From Polyangiaceae bacterium (GTDB lineage: Bacteria > Myxococcota_A > Polyangia > Polyangiales > Polyangiaceae): a stretch of DNA of 64,000 bases. The stretch covers positions 288,001 to 352,000 of the forward strand of contig JBNKBE010000001.1 of the NCBI GenBank assembly GCA_050287085.1, read 5' to 3'. The notes under the pieces were generated by a model. The model ran no database searches, was not told the origin of the DNA, and was given only the letters and a program-made list of their open reading frames with translations. Below, piece after piece: positions 29,094 to 39,210 of the stretch. A program made the position numbers and the translations under genes. Positions within the stretch are counted from its first letter, which is position 1. Each line of letters begins with the position of its first letter.

Positions 29094-32000
29094 ATGTTCA
29101 GACGCGAGCTCCCAGCCCAGACGCCCCCAACACCAGACCGCGCCGCTTTGTCGTCGCGGACGGGCACGTCGCCCCACGGTGCTTTGTCCACCACGCATCG
29201 AGGTGCAGCCCTCTTCGCGGCAGCGCTGCTCCTCGCAGCCACGGGCTGCGAAGAGCAGGCACCGGACGCCGCAGACATCGACCTCGAGCCGGCTGAGCTT
29301 CATACCTGCATCGATCAGGACGGAGACGGCTTCGGCCGTGGCTGCGATCTGGGTCGAGACTGTGACGATGCCGATCCGGACGTGACCACCGATTGCTGGC
29401 TCGCCAATTGCGAAACCACACCTACCGCCCCTGGCTGCGCCTGTGACGCCGCTGGCACGGTGATCGACTGCGGCGAAATGCACTCTGTGATCGACGATCG
29501 TGCGTTGTGCGGCTACGGCGCCCAACTGTGCGACGACGGACAGTGGAGCGGATGCCGGCTTACGGGAGTGAAACCGACACGCACGCTGACCGCCCTGGTA
29601 GATCCAAACGACTGCCCCGGCAACCCGTGCGATCCGTACTGCAAAGAGTTCATCACGACGCCCACCTACACGTCGGACACCACGGCAGTCGAATGCGCGC
29701 CGGACCCGAGTTGTCGCGATGGTGTGATGAATCAGGGCGAGCAAGGCGTCGACTGCGGCGGCGAGTGCGTCCGAGACTGCAGCGTCAACTCCATGCTCCT
29801 GCATGAGACTTTCAATGGCACTCCGATCGTCGTCTACAAAGACGATACCTTCGGTGCCACCAACGCTCCGGACTCCGCCAGCGGCGTCGTCGAAGCCGGA
29901 GTGGGACGCATTCGTCTCGGTCAACAGGTGGGAAGTGGCAGCAACTCCGGCGCCTGGATGGGGCGCTTCACTGCAGACGCTCCGGTCAACGTCAGCTTCG
30001 ATTGGAAGATCGAGATGGGCGAAGGCTTCACCGCAACCCAGTGCGGTGAAGTCAATACCCAGGTCGACGGCCGCTACTACGCGAGCGCCGTTGACTGGGT
30101 GGTACAGAATTGCGGTGAGCAAACACAAAGCGGAACGTTCTCATTTACGACGATCGCTCTCACCAGCGGCGAACATACCTTGCTGGTAGGTGGCTGGCTG
30201 AGCGGCAACAGCGCGACCAACAGCACGACAGAACTACTCGTCCAGAACTACTCGAACTACTCGAACCCGGTGGCGACCGGTGGTGACGCGGGACGGGGTG
30301 GTGACCTGGGTTTCGAAACCTGCAGCAGCACGGAGTGCAGCTATTATCAGGGCAGTACCGACGCCGGTGACACGATCACCTGGTTGTACGACGCGCCCAG
30401 CGACGGCAGCTATGCCGTCAAAATTCGAAATGCCGCAGTGGGTCCTTGGACCGCAAACCTACTTCTGGATGGGACCACAGTTAGAACGCTCAGTGCCAAT
30501 TCCACCGGCGGCATGGAAACGTGGTCGTGGTTGACAAGTTCATCCTTCACGACCACGGGCGGCACCCACACGCTTGGGCTCGAATACACCTCCGGGCAAG
30601 TTAACGTCAATCGTCTCGAAGTGGTCGAGCCCGCAGCCGGCCCGCAGTCGGTGATCACCGTCGACAACATTCGGGTGACAGCGACCAATATTGACGGCTG
30701 CGCGAACGCCGTCTGCGATGGGACCGAGAACTGCACCAATTGCCCCTCCGACTGCGGTGACTGCCCCATCGGTGGCTATTGCGGCGATGCCATCTGCGAA
30801 GCCACTGAGACGTGCGGCACTTGCGCCAGCGATTGTGGTAGCTGCAGCGTCGGCTGCGGCAACGGCACCTGCGACGGCGCTGAAACCTGCAGCAGCTGCA
30901 GTAGCGACTGCGGTGACTGCCCTGGCGACTGCGGCAATGGCGTATGTGACAGTGGTGAGTCCTGTTCCACCTGCGACACCGACTGCGGCACTTGCGTTTG
31001 CGGGGACGGCGAGTGTACCGGGACCGAAGATTGCTCGACGTGCGCGACCGACTGCGGCGCCTGTGACTTCTGCGGCAACGGCAGTTGCGACACGGGTGAG
31101 ACGTGCACCAATTGCGAAACCGACTGCGGTAGCTGCGCGAGCCCATCGCCGGCGCGCGTGTTTTTCGAAACGGAGTGCGCGACAGCGGCTGTCGGGGCTT
31201 ACGCAACGCCCGTCGGCACGTCACCGCAATATGTCGAAAGCGTCAGCGATACCGACACTGAACCTGGCACTGACCAAGCAAGTTATGCCGCGACGCTCGC
31301 TGCGGGCACCTACCAAGCGTATTTTCTCGTCGATACGGGCGGAAGCGCCAGCGACGACTCTTGGTATTGGCGTGTGCCGGGGGTAGCCAGCACCTGGAAT
31401 CTGGAGGACGGTCATGCCACCGCCGGCTGGTCGTGGGTGGTCGGGGGATCGACGATCAACATTCCGAGCGATGGCCTCTACACCCTGGAAGTCGCTAGCC
31501 GTGAGGACGGCCTGAAGATCGACCAGGTGGCGTTGGTACAAAACGGCGAGACACCACCCGCTGGAGCAACGCCCGAAAGCGCCTACAATTGCGCTCCAGC
31601 AACCTGTGGCAACGGCAGCTGCGAAACGGGAGAAGACTGCAGCAACTGCGCCACCGACTGCGGCGCCTGCGTGCCCCTGTGTGGTGACGGAAGCTGCGAC
31701 GGGGCTGAAACCTGCGCCACCTGCGGCACCGACTGCGGCGCGTGTCCGAGCCCGCCCCAATGCGGCGATGGTACCTGCGATGCAGAAGAGAATTGCAGCG
31801 CCTGTGCTGCCGATTGCGGGGCTTGTCCCGTCTGCGGTGATGGTACCTGTGAGGCGCCCGAAGGCTGCAGCAACTGCGCCACCGACTGCGGCGCCTGCGC
31901 CGTGTCCCGCTGTGGCGATAGCACCTGTGATCCGGACGAGGACTGCAGTCTATGCGCCTTGGACTGCGGGGTGTGCCCTCTGCCCCCCGCCTGCGGTGAC

Positions 32001-33971
32001 GGCACCTGTGATCCGGACGAAGACTGTATCACCTGCGCCACCGATTGTGGCGTCTGTCCACCTCCCGTCTGCGGCGACGGTACCTGTGCTCCGGGAGAAA
32101 ACTGCGACACTTGCGCCGAAGACTGCTCGTATTGCATCCCCTGGTGCAAGCCGCCCCCCGACCTTTGCGGCGACGGCACGTGCAACACGGGCAACGGCGA
32201 AGACTGTGCTACGTGTCAGACTGACTGTGGCGGCTGCGGGGCTCCTCCGAGCTGCGGCAACGGCACCTGTGAGGCGGATACGGGCGAAGACTGCATCACC
32301 TGTGAAAGCGACTGCGGCGCGTGCAATATCCGAGAATGTGGTGACGGCACCTGTGAGCCAGTAATCGGCGAAAGCTGCACAACCTGTACAAGCGACTGCG
32401 GCGCGTGCGCCGTTTCGCCAACCACGGTCTGTGGTGACACGTTGTGTTCAATCTACGAAAACTGCGACACCTGCCCGGAGGACTGCGGCGAGTGTCCGTT
32501 TTGGGGTACGGGCAAACCCTTCAACGGCGGCATCATCACCCAGGGGACTCTGACCGTCGGACAACGCGTCAAGGTCAACGGCGACATCACCGGCAGCAAC
32601 ATCTCCCTAGAGCTGGACTCCATCGTGACTGGAGCCGTGGACGTGAACGGAAGCGTGCTGGTCAACGAACGCGTTCAGGTGGGTGGCACGTTGAGCGTGG
32701 ACGGGACGCTCAACACCGTCGGCAGCTACAGCACCGGAGGCACTCAGTATCCCACGACGGTTACGATTCCGTCGTTGCCAAACGTCGCGGTATCACCCGG
32801 CACGGAATACGTGAGCGTCCCCATCGGTGGTGAAAAGACCCTTGCCCCCGGGCAATACGACACCCTCGATGTATCAGCTATTGCAACCATCAACCTGAGC
32901 TCAGGTACGTACCACTTCAACCGGCTCAACATCTCCCCGGATGCGATCGTCAACTTGGACGTCTCAGCCGGTCCTATCGACATTCGCGTCGATGGCGACG
33001 TCACGATCGAAGCCCGTGTGAAGTACAACATCATCGGCGGCGACGGCACGAGCTTTGGTCTACTCTCGAACGGAAACGTGAGCTTTCAACCACAAAGCAA
33101 CTTTCCATCGAGCATCTATGCCCCCCACGGCAGCATCTACCTGCAAAGCGAATCGACCATTTCCGGTGGCCTTGCGGCTGCCAACGTTTACCTCTCACCG
33201 GACATCACAGTCGGAGTTGGCAACCTCAACACCGGTTGGGAGGAAGTGCCTCCGCCCGGAGCGCCTCCCGTCCCCGTCTGCGGAGATGTCGAGTGCACCC
33301 CGGAAACCGGCGAGAGTTGTGATACCTGCGAAGGAGATTGCGGCGTCTGCGAGGTGGTTCCAACCTGTGGCGACGCGTCGTGTGACGATGCGCAAGGAGA
33401 GAATTGCCGCTCCTGCGGTACGGACTGCGGAACCTGCGCGGCGAACGCCGCCTGCGGCGACGGTGTCTGTGAGCAAGACCAGGCCGAAAGCTGCACCGCC
33501 TGCGAACAGGACTGTGGGGTGTGTGATCCCATACCCGGCAATGAGGCCGTAGCCGTGTACACAACCACGGAGTACGCCGAGGACTTCGACATCAGCACCG
33601 AGTGCACCTTCGATCAAGCGACGACGTGGGCCGGCTTCTCCTGGGAAGCGGTCACGCCCTCCAACTCGAAAATCCGAATGTACTTCAGCAGCGCCGCCAC
33701 GGAAGCCGAACTCGACTCCGCCGAAGAGGTGTTGATCGTCGTCGCCGCAGCCAGCGCGACTTCTGGCGGCTGGCAATACGGTCCCCCGGCAACCTCCGGA
33801 GCCATGACCGTCGGGCTGCAATACGTGGACTCAGTGCTCAAGAAAGAAGAGCTGCCACGGCACCACGCCTTCGCTCGGATGCGCTACGAGCTGATCCCGT
33901 CGGTGGATGGTGCCCAGACCCCTGAGCTAGTTAGCACAAGTCTGCAGTCGAGCTGCGAAATCGTGCAATAA
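29094..33971 (+). CDS. Giant Cys-rich repeat surface lipoprotein with CBM-like and beta-helix domains (ORF open from 28878; start uncertain)
   Basis: LAATGC lipobox, DQDGDGFG..DCDD motif, 20 CGDGxC..ExCxxCxxDCGxC repeats, two beta-sandwich inserts, beta-helix-like segment (LAPGQYDTLDV..LSSGTYHF..IYAPHGSI). Confidence 0.85.
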   Translation: MFRRELPAQTPPTPDRAALSSRTGTSPHGALSTTHRGAALFAAALLLAATGCEEQAPDAADIDLEPAELHTCIDQDGDGFGRGCDLGRDCDDADPDVTTDCWLANCETTPTAPGCACDAAGTVIDCGEMHSVIDDRALCGYGAQLCDDGQWSGCRLTGVKPTRTLTALVDPNDCPGNPCDPYCKEFITTPTYTSDTTAVECAPDPSCRDGVMNQGEQGVDCGGECVRDCSVNSMLLHETFNGTPIVVYKDDTFGATNAPDSASGVVEAGVGRIRLGQQVGSGSNSGAWMGRFTADAPVNVSFDWKIEMGEGFTATQCGEVNTQVDGRYYASAVDWVVQNCGEQTQSGTFSFTTIALTSGEHTLLVGGWLSGNSATNSTTELLVQNYSNYSNPVATGGDAGRGGDLGFETCSSTECSYYQGSTDAGDTITWLYDAPSDGSYAVKIRNAAVGPWTANLLLDGTTVRTLSANSTGGMETWSWLTSSSFTTTGGTHTLGLEYTSGQVNVNRLEVVEPAAGPQSVITVDNIRVTATNIDGCANAVCDGTENCTNCPSDCGDCPIGGYCGDAICEATETCGTCASDCGSCSVGCGNGTCDGAETCSSCSSDCGDCPGDCGNGVCDSGESCSTCDTDCGTCVCGDGECTGTEDCSTCATDCGACDFCGNGSCDTGETCTNCETDCGSCASPSPARVFFETECATAAVGAYATPVGTSPQYVESVSDTDTEPGTDQASYAATLAAGTYQAYFLVDTGGSASDDSWYWRVPGVASTWNLEDGHATAGWSWVVGGSTINIPSDGLYTLEVASREDGLKIDQVALVQNGETPPAGATPESAYNCAPATCGNGSCETGEDCSNCATDCGACVPLCGDGSCDGAETCATCGTDCGACPSPPQCGDGTCDAEENCSACAADCGACPVCGDGTCEAPEGCSNCATDCGACAVSRCGDSTCDPDEDCSLCALDCGVCPLPPACGDGTCDPDEDCITCATDCGVCPPPVCGDGTCAPGENCDTCAEDCSYCIPWCKPPPDLCGDGTCNTGNGEDCATCQTDCGGCGAPPSCGNGTCEADTGEDCITCESDCGACNIRECGDGTCEPVIGESCTTCTSDCGACAVSPTTVCGDTLCSIYENCDTCPEDCGECPFWGTGKPFNGGIITQGTLTVGQRVKVNGDITGSNISLELDSIVTGAVDVNGSVLVNERVQVGGTLSVDGTLNTVGSYSTGGTQYPTTVTIPSLPNVAVSPGTEYVSVPIGGEKTLAPGQYDTLDVSAIATINLSSGTYHFNRLNISPDAIVNLDVSAGPIDIRVDGDVTIEARVKYNIIGGDGTSFGLLSNGNVSFQPQSNFPSSIYAPHGSIYLQSESTISGGLAAANVYLSPDITVGVGNLNTGWEEVPPPGAPPVPVCGDVECTPETGESCDTCEGDCGVCEVVPTCGDASCDDAQGENCRSCGTDCGTCAANAACGDGVCEQDQAESCTACEQDCGVCDPIPGNEAVAVYTTTEYAEDFDISTECTFDQATTWAGFSWEAVTPSNSKIRMYFSSAATEAELDSAEEVLIVVAAASATSGGWQYGPPATSGAMTVGLQYVDSVLKKEELPRHHAFARMRYELIPSVDGAQTPELVSTSLQSSCEIVQ

Positions 33972-33981
33972 CACTACGGCC

Positions 33982-34878
33982 ATGGCCGCCAGCAAAGCTC
34001 CTAGGCGTGAGGACAGCGTTCTCCGCGTACTTGTGGTTGTCCTTGCCCTCAATGTCGCGGTCGCAGCGCTGAAGCTCGGTGTGGGGCTACACATAGGTGC
34101 ACTATCGCTGGTGGCAGATGGCCTGCACAGTGTGCTCGACGGAGCCTCGAACGTCGTGGGTATCGTGGGCATCGCGATCGCGTCGCGTCCCGCCGATGCC
34201 GGTCATCCCTATGGACACCGGCGCTTTGAAACACTGGCGGCGGCCTTCATAGGAATCCTGATCGGAGCTGGCTTCATTGAGCTCATCAAGGCGGTTGTGG
34301 CGGGGCTCGTTCACGGCGTGGCGGCCCCGCGCCTATCACCGCTGGCAGTCCTCGCGGTGGTGGGCACGGTGGTCGTGAATATCTTCATCTCGCGCTACGA
34401 ACGCCGGCGCAGTCGGGAGCTCCAAAGCAGCATCCTCGAGGCTGACTCCGAACACACCCTCTCCGACGCGCTGGCAGCAACGGTTGTCCTCGTCGGTTTT
34501 GCTGGAAGCTGGTTGGGATTGCCTTACGCCGACCTAGTTGCAGCGCTCTTCGTTTCGGGCTTCGTCGCGATGACCGCTTTCCGCCTGCTCAAAGACAACA
34601 TGATGGTGCTCTCGGACGCGGCCCAACTCGACCCCGAGGAAGTGGAGCGGGTCGCCCTCTCCGTGGATGGTGTCAAGGCCGCTCACCGGATCCGTTCCCG
34701 GGGTAGCAGAGAAGCCGTACACCTCGATTTGCACATCCACGTTTCTCCAGAACTGAGAGTTACCCAGGCCCACGCGCTGACGCACCAGGTTGCAGCCACC
34801 CTACAGGCGCACTTCCCGGCGGTGGACGACGTCGTCATTCACACCGAGCCCTCTGACTATGACCCCGTTCAGCGATGA
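33982..34878 (+). CDS. Cation diffusion facilitator (FieF-like) transporter
   Basis: ADGLHSVLD, PADAGHPYGHRRFE, ADSEHTLSD, C-terminal IHTEP. Confidence 0.93.
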   Translation: MAASKAPRREDSVLRVLVVVLALNVAVAALKLGVGLHIGALSLVADGLHSVLDGASNVVGIVGIAIASRPADAGHPYGHRRFETLAAAFIGILIGAGFIELIKAVVAGLVHGVAAPRLSPLAVLAVVGTVVVNIFISRYERRRSRELQSSILEADSEHTLSDALAATVVLVGFAGSWLGLPYADLVAALFVSGFVAMTAFRLLKDNMMVLSDAAQLDPEEVERVALSVDGVKAAHRIRSRGSREAVHLDLHIHVSPELRVTQAHALTHQVAATLQAHFPAVDDVVIHTEPSDYDPVQR

Positions 34879-34914
34879 AGCTCAGCGCGCGACTGAACGA
34901 TAAGCGGCAGCGCG

Positions 34915-35724
34915 TCAGCCGACCTGCCGCTGCCGGCTTTGGGGCGCTTCCGGCGGCACAGCGTCGAGCAACGCTGCCATCTTGGCCTCCAAAGCGGGAG
35001 TGGTAGCCAAGTCCCAAGGGAGGCCGGAACCACGCTCGCCATTTCTCCACACACCGCCCGCCGCCAGCACGATGGCGGCACCAGCGGTCGTGTCCCAATA
35101 GGGCAGCGTTGGAGACCAGTACACTTGAAATGTGCCGTCCCCAACCCAACACAACTCGACCGCCGCGGAGCCGCAACGTCGGAGGTCTCGAAACGCGGAC
35201 GCAGTGGCCACAAAAGACGCCGGTGAAACCCCACCCGAGCGGCTCGGATAACCCGTCGTGAGGATCGAATCCCCAAGCGTATCGGTGCTGCTCACGCGGC
35301 AGGGCTCACCATTGCGCTGCGCCCCGCCACCGGCATAACCTCCCCAGCGCAGGCCCATGGCGGGCGCCACCACGGCCCCTGCGATCGGCACCCCCTCGAG
35401 ACGCACGCCCAGGCTGATCGCGAAGATCGGCGAGCCGGCAATGAAGTTGTTGGTTCCGTCGATGGGGTCCACGTACCAGGTCAGTCCCAGCGCGTCGCCG
35501 CTGCCCCCGTGCTCCTCTCCCACGATAGGGACGCCCGGGGTTTGTTCCGCTAGCAGCTCCCGGACGAGCTCTTCGCTCCGCAAGTCGAAGTCGGTCACGA
35601 GCTGGACCTCGTCTTTGCGTTTGACCTCAACCCGCTTTCGAAAGCCCTCCATGACGAGCTCCCCTGCCCGCGTGGCAACCACCATCGCGATGTGGGAAAG
35701 CTCCTCAGCCGTGCGATCTACCAT
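34915..35724 (-). CDS. suhB: Inositol monophosphatase family protein
   Basis: LVTDFD, GEE, WYVDPIDGTNNF, RRCGSAA, WDTTAG. Confidence 0.9.
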   Translation of the reverse strand: MVDRTAEELSHIAMVVATRAGELVMEGFRKRVEVKRKDEVQLVTDFDLRSEELVRELLAEQTPGVPIVGEEHGGSGDALGLTWYVDPIDGTNNFIAGSPIFAISLGVRLEGVPIAGAVVAPAMGLRWGGYAGGGAQRNGEPCRVSSTDTLGDSILTTGYPSRSGGVSPASFVATASAFRDLRRCGSAAVELCWVGDGTFQVYWSPTLPYWDTTAGAAIVLAAGGVWRNGERGSGLPWDLATTPALEAKMAALLDAVPPEAPQSRQRQVG

Positions 35725-35920
35725 CCACCCGTTCTAACCGATTCGAGGCCAAATCAGCCGGGTATCAGCGACGGACCGGACACGTGCTCCGAAGGTGAAA
35801 AAGGTTGCGGCTACAGCGGTCAGATATTCAGTCGCAGCGGAACACGAAACAGAACGAGCTCGTACCGGCCCGCTTGAGAGGGGCGCCCCACCACTTCAAT
35901 GTGCGGGCCGGCGCTACGCC

Positions 35921-36589
35921 TCACCCGAGGGGCGCGATCGCGAGGTGCAGGTGATCGTGGTGGTCGGCGTTGTGGTCGGGGGTTATCAGCTCACGAAACA
36001 GACGTCGCTGCCGCAGACGGCAATGAACCTGGTTGGGTAGCGGCGCTCCCTGTTCACAGCCGAGTTCCCCGCGCTCGTAGTCGGTTTCGACCTCATACCC
36101 TGCGGCGGGCGTCCGGAAGCCGTGGATATCGATGGCCAGGCCGCGCGCGTGCAGGCTCGGACGCCCCGAACGGGTAGTACGGTAGACGTAGGCCCCCGAA
36201 TGACGAATGGTGCGCACCCCCAGCGCCCGAAGATCGGGAGAGATCCAATCCAGGGCGAGGATCAGCCGACAGTCCGCGACAACCCCTGTCCGCCCTCCTG
36301 AAACGTAGCTGACCCCGCCGATCGGACCGTGGACCTCGACCGGCGTCGCTACCCCGGGACGGGGCGAAAGCGGGCGGTGGTCGATTCCGAGCCGTGTAAG
36401 CCAACCCAAACACGTAGAGCCTCCAGGGATCCGAAGGGACTGATCCGCGCTGCCGTCCCAGGCCGGGGTTGCCGGTGCCCTCCCCAAGGGCGCACAGGCC
36501 ACAGAACTCCACACAATCGCGGCGAGACCTGCCATCAGCCCCCCAAAACGCCCTCGCTCTCGCCTTCCGAGCCGCATCGTACGCAGCAT
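35921..36589 (-). CDS. Extensin-like C-terminal domain lipoprotein (Peptidase M15-like fold)
   Basis: SVAC lipobox, RPSLHARGLAIDIHGF, ITPDHNADHHDHLHL. Confidence 0.8.
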   Translation of the reverse strand: MLRTMRLGRRERGRFGGLMAGLAAIVWSSVACAPLGRAPATPAWDGSADQSLRIPGGSTCLGWLTRLGIDHRPLSPRPGVATPVEVHGPIGGVSYVSGGRTGVVADCRLILALDWISPDLRALGVRTIRHSGAYVYRTTRSGRPSLHARGLAIDIHGFRTPAAGYEVETDYERGELGCEQGAPLPNQVHCRLRQRRLFRELITPDHNADHHDHLHLAIAPLG

Positions 36590-36681
36590 GCCGTCCGACC
36601 TGGGGAGACGTCAAAATTCTGGCGTTTTCCAGGGGTTAATTGCCGTTCAAGGCCTCGCTCCCCGGGTCGTTCACTCTGCTT

Positions 36682-37524
36682 ATGAAGGGTGCCATCGTCG
36701 TGATAGACAAGAGCGAAGCGCGCCGGTCCGAGCCGCAACACGCCACACGCCGCAGGCCCACTGATATCGGGAAGAGACGAGCTGAGCGGCGCCGAGCGCT
36801 GCTGGGCAGCGCGGCGAGCGCCATCGTAGCAGGGCTGATCCTGTTGGTCGCCCAAGCTATCTCCCCCACGCGCGCTGCAGCCGCCGGCTGGGACTGCGAG
36901 ACGGCCCACGACTGCCGAATTGCGTTGCGCAAAGCCCAATCCCTGGCGGCTGATTGCTGGCTCTTGTGCAAAGGGGAGCAGGACGCTTTGGACGCGGCCA
37001 GAGCTCGCTTTCGAGCCGCCTTTGAGCGCGAAGCGGAAGCCGCCGCGCTGCACGAGCGACGCGCCGAAGAACATCGAGCTGCCGAGCGCCAGGCGGCGGA
37101 GCGAAGAATAGCGCTCCAGGCCGCACACCAAGAGGAAGTCGCCCGCGAACGCGCGCACCAACGACGACTCGAACTTCTCGTATTGGAGCAGCAGGCGGCG
37201 CTCCGCGCTGAACAATATGCCGAACAGCGAGAACTCGCCTACCTGGAAGCATTAAGCCCGAAACAGCGGATCCAACGCCTTCGTGCCTGCTATCAGACGA
37301 GGCCCCAATGCAGCCCGCTGGCAGCCAAGCTCGTGAGCGTCGCCGCCAGCGGCGCCGAGCGTCAACATCTGGTTAACATGCACGAAGAGCAACTGCTCGG
37401 GAGTGCTGCTGACCCCACCCAACCTGAACCCGCCACGAGTACGTTGCCAGCGGCCCCCAACCCTGCGGCCTTGCGACAGGCAGCGCTGGATGTAGCGCTA
37501 AGCGAGCAGCCCCTCGAACGCTGA
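36682..37524 (+). CDS. Hypothetical membrane-anchored coiled-coil protein
   Basis: Single TM segment, Cys pairs, long E/R/A/Q-rich helical region. Confidence 0.55.
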   Translation: MKGAIVVIDKSEARRSEPQHATRRRPTDIGKRRAERRRALLGSAASAIVAGLILLVAQAISPTRAAAAGWDCETAHDCRIALRKAQSLAADCWLLCKGEQDALDAARARFRAAFEREAEAAALHERRAEEHRAAERQAAERRIALQAAHQEEVARERAHQRRLELLVLEQQAALRAEQYAEQRELAYLEALSPKQRIQRLRACYQTRPQCSPLAAKLVSVAASGAERQHLVNMHEEQLLGSAADPTQPEPATSTLPAAPNPAALRQAALDVALSEQPLER

Positions 37525-37545
37525 AGGGGCCGATTCGCTCCGAGG

Positions 37546-38889
37546 TCAACGCAGGGTGACGAGCTCTTCAGCCGCAGTTGGATGAATAGCCACTGTGCGG
37601 TCCAAGTCGGCCTTGGTCGCGCCCATATTCAGGGCAACCGCAAACCCTTGAAGCATTTCATCCGCGCCAAGACCCACGACATGAATACCGAGCACGCGCT
37701 CCTCCGCGCCGGTAGTCACCACCTTCATGGCCGTCTTCGGCTTCTCAGCGCCAAACGCGTAGAATAGATTCGTGAAGCGCGTGCTGTAGCACTTCACGTC
37801 GCCGTAGCGCGCGCGTGCCTCGTCTTCGGTCAACCCGACGGTTGCCGCGGGCGGATGACTGAAGACGACGGTCGGCACGTTGTCGAGAACTAGGTGAGCC
37901 TCAGGTTGCCCCCCAAAAAGGCGCTCAGCAAGCTTTCGCCCCGCCGCGATGGCAACCGGGGTCAGCTTATGCGCTCGGGTTACATCGCCGAGGGCATATA
38001 CACCGCTCGCAGATGTGTTCTGGAGCGCATCAACCTCAATGAACCCCTCCGCATCCAGTCGCACCCCCGCCTCCTCAAGCCCCAACCCGGGAGTTCGAGG
38101 CCTGCGCCCAATCGCCCAGAGCACGGAGCCGAAGCCGGACAGCTCGTGTCCCTCCGTGCTGGTCAAGCGAAGCAAACCATCTTGCCCGCGCGCCAGACGC
38201 GCCGGTTCGTAGCGCGGTTGAAACTCGATACCTTGGCTCGCCAGGTGAATCTTCAACTCCTCGCCCAGCATGCTATCAAAGCCGCGCAGCACGGTATCCG
38301 AGCGCGACAAGACGCTCACTTCGCTGCCCAGCGCCCTGAAGATCCCCGCAAGTTCAAGTCCAACATAACCAGAGCCGGCGATAGCAACTCGCTTGGGCAG
38401 TGCAGTCAGCTCAAAGAAGCCATCCGACGTGATGCCAAGCTGAGCGCCAGGGATCTCCGGGATGCGCGGATACCCCCCCACGGCGATCAGGATGTGGGGA
38501 GCCGAATAGACCTGGCCCCCCACATCCACCTGCCCCGGGGCGACGAACTTGGCGCGCCCAACAACAAACTCGACGCCGTCCCGATCCAGATTCGAAGCGT
38601 AGATGGCGTTCAGTCGACCTATGGCCTCATCGCGACGCGCTTTCAACGTCGCCAGGTCCAAGCGTGGCGCTTCTCCTTTGAAGCCGTACGCGGCACCCGC
38701 TCGCACCATTTCTGCGACGCTTGCGGCGTTGAACATCATCTTCTTGGGTACACACCCTACGTTGACGCACGTGCCACCGAGTTTCGCGGCCTCGATCAAT
38801 ACCACGCGGGCGCCGTAGGCACGGGCACGGCGCGCTGCGGCGAGCCCGCCGCTCCCCCCACCAATCACAATGAAGTCGACCAATTGCAC
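37546..38889 (-). CDS. gor: Glutathione-disulfide reductase
   Basis: [51 protein letters not shown]. Confidence 0.93.
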   Translation of the reverse strand: MQLVDFIVIGGGSGGLAAARRARAYGARVVLIEAAKLGGTCVNVGCVPKKMMFNAASVAEMVRAGAAYGFKGEAPRLDLATLKARRDEAIGRLNAIYASNLDRDGVEFVVGRAKFVAPGQVDVGGQVYSAPHILIAVGGYPRIPEIPGAQLGITSDGFFELTALPKRVAIAGSGYVGLELAGIFRALGSEVSVLSRSDTVLRGFDSMLGEELKIHLASQGIEFQPRYEPARLARGQDGLLRLTSTEGHELSGFGSVLWAIGRRPRTPGLGLEEAGVRLDAEGFIEVDALQNTSASGVYALGDVTRAHKLTPVAIAAGRKLAERLFGGQPEAHLVLDNVPTVVFSHPPAATVGLTEDEARARYGDVKCYSTRFTNLFYAFGAEKPKTAMKVVTTGAEERVLGIHVVGLGADEMLQGFAVALNMGATKADLDRTVAIHPTAAEELVTLR

Positions 38890-39210
38890 CGGGCGTTCAT
38901 AAGCCCGGACCGTAAGCGGAGCAAGCCTCCGGCGCACGCGACGCGTTTCCCTCGAACACCCCCGCGCTTCGGGACAGGGCTGCTGACCTAGGCCGGAAGG
39001 GAGCGGGCTTGGGCACTTGCCAAATGCGTATTCACTCACCGGCCCAGAGGCCCAAGCGGCTGCCTACGCACGTACCACAGGGATGAGGCATGGAAGTTTT
39101 GGGGCCGCTCCACGCAACCGAGTCTGGTAGGATCACGAGCCGGTGACGTGGTGGGTCGTTCCATAGACTGTCCCGAGCAACGCCGACATTGCTCAACGGC
39201 GATCACGGTG

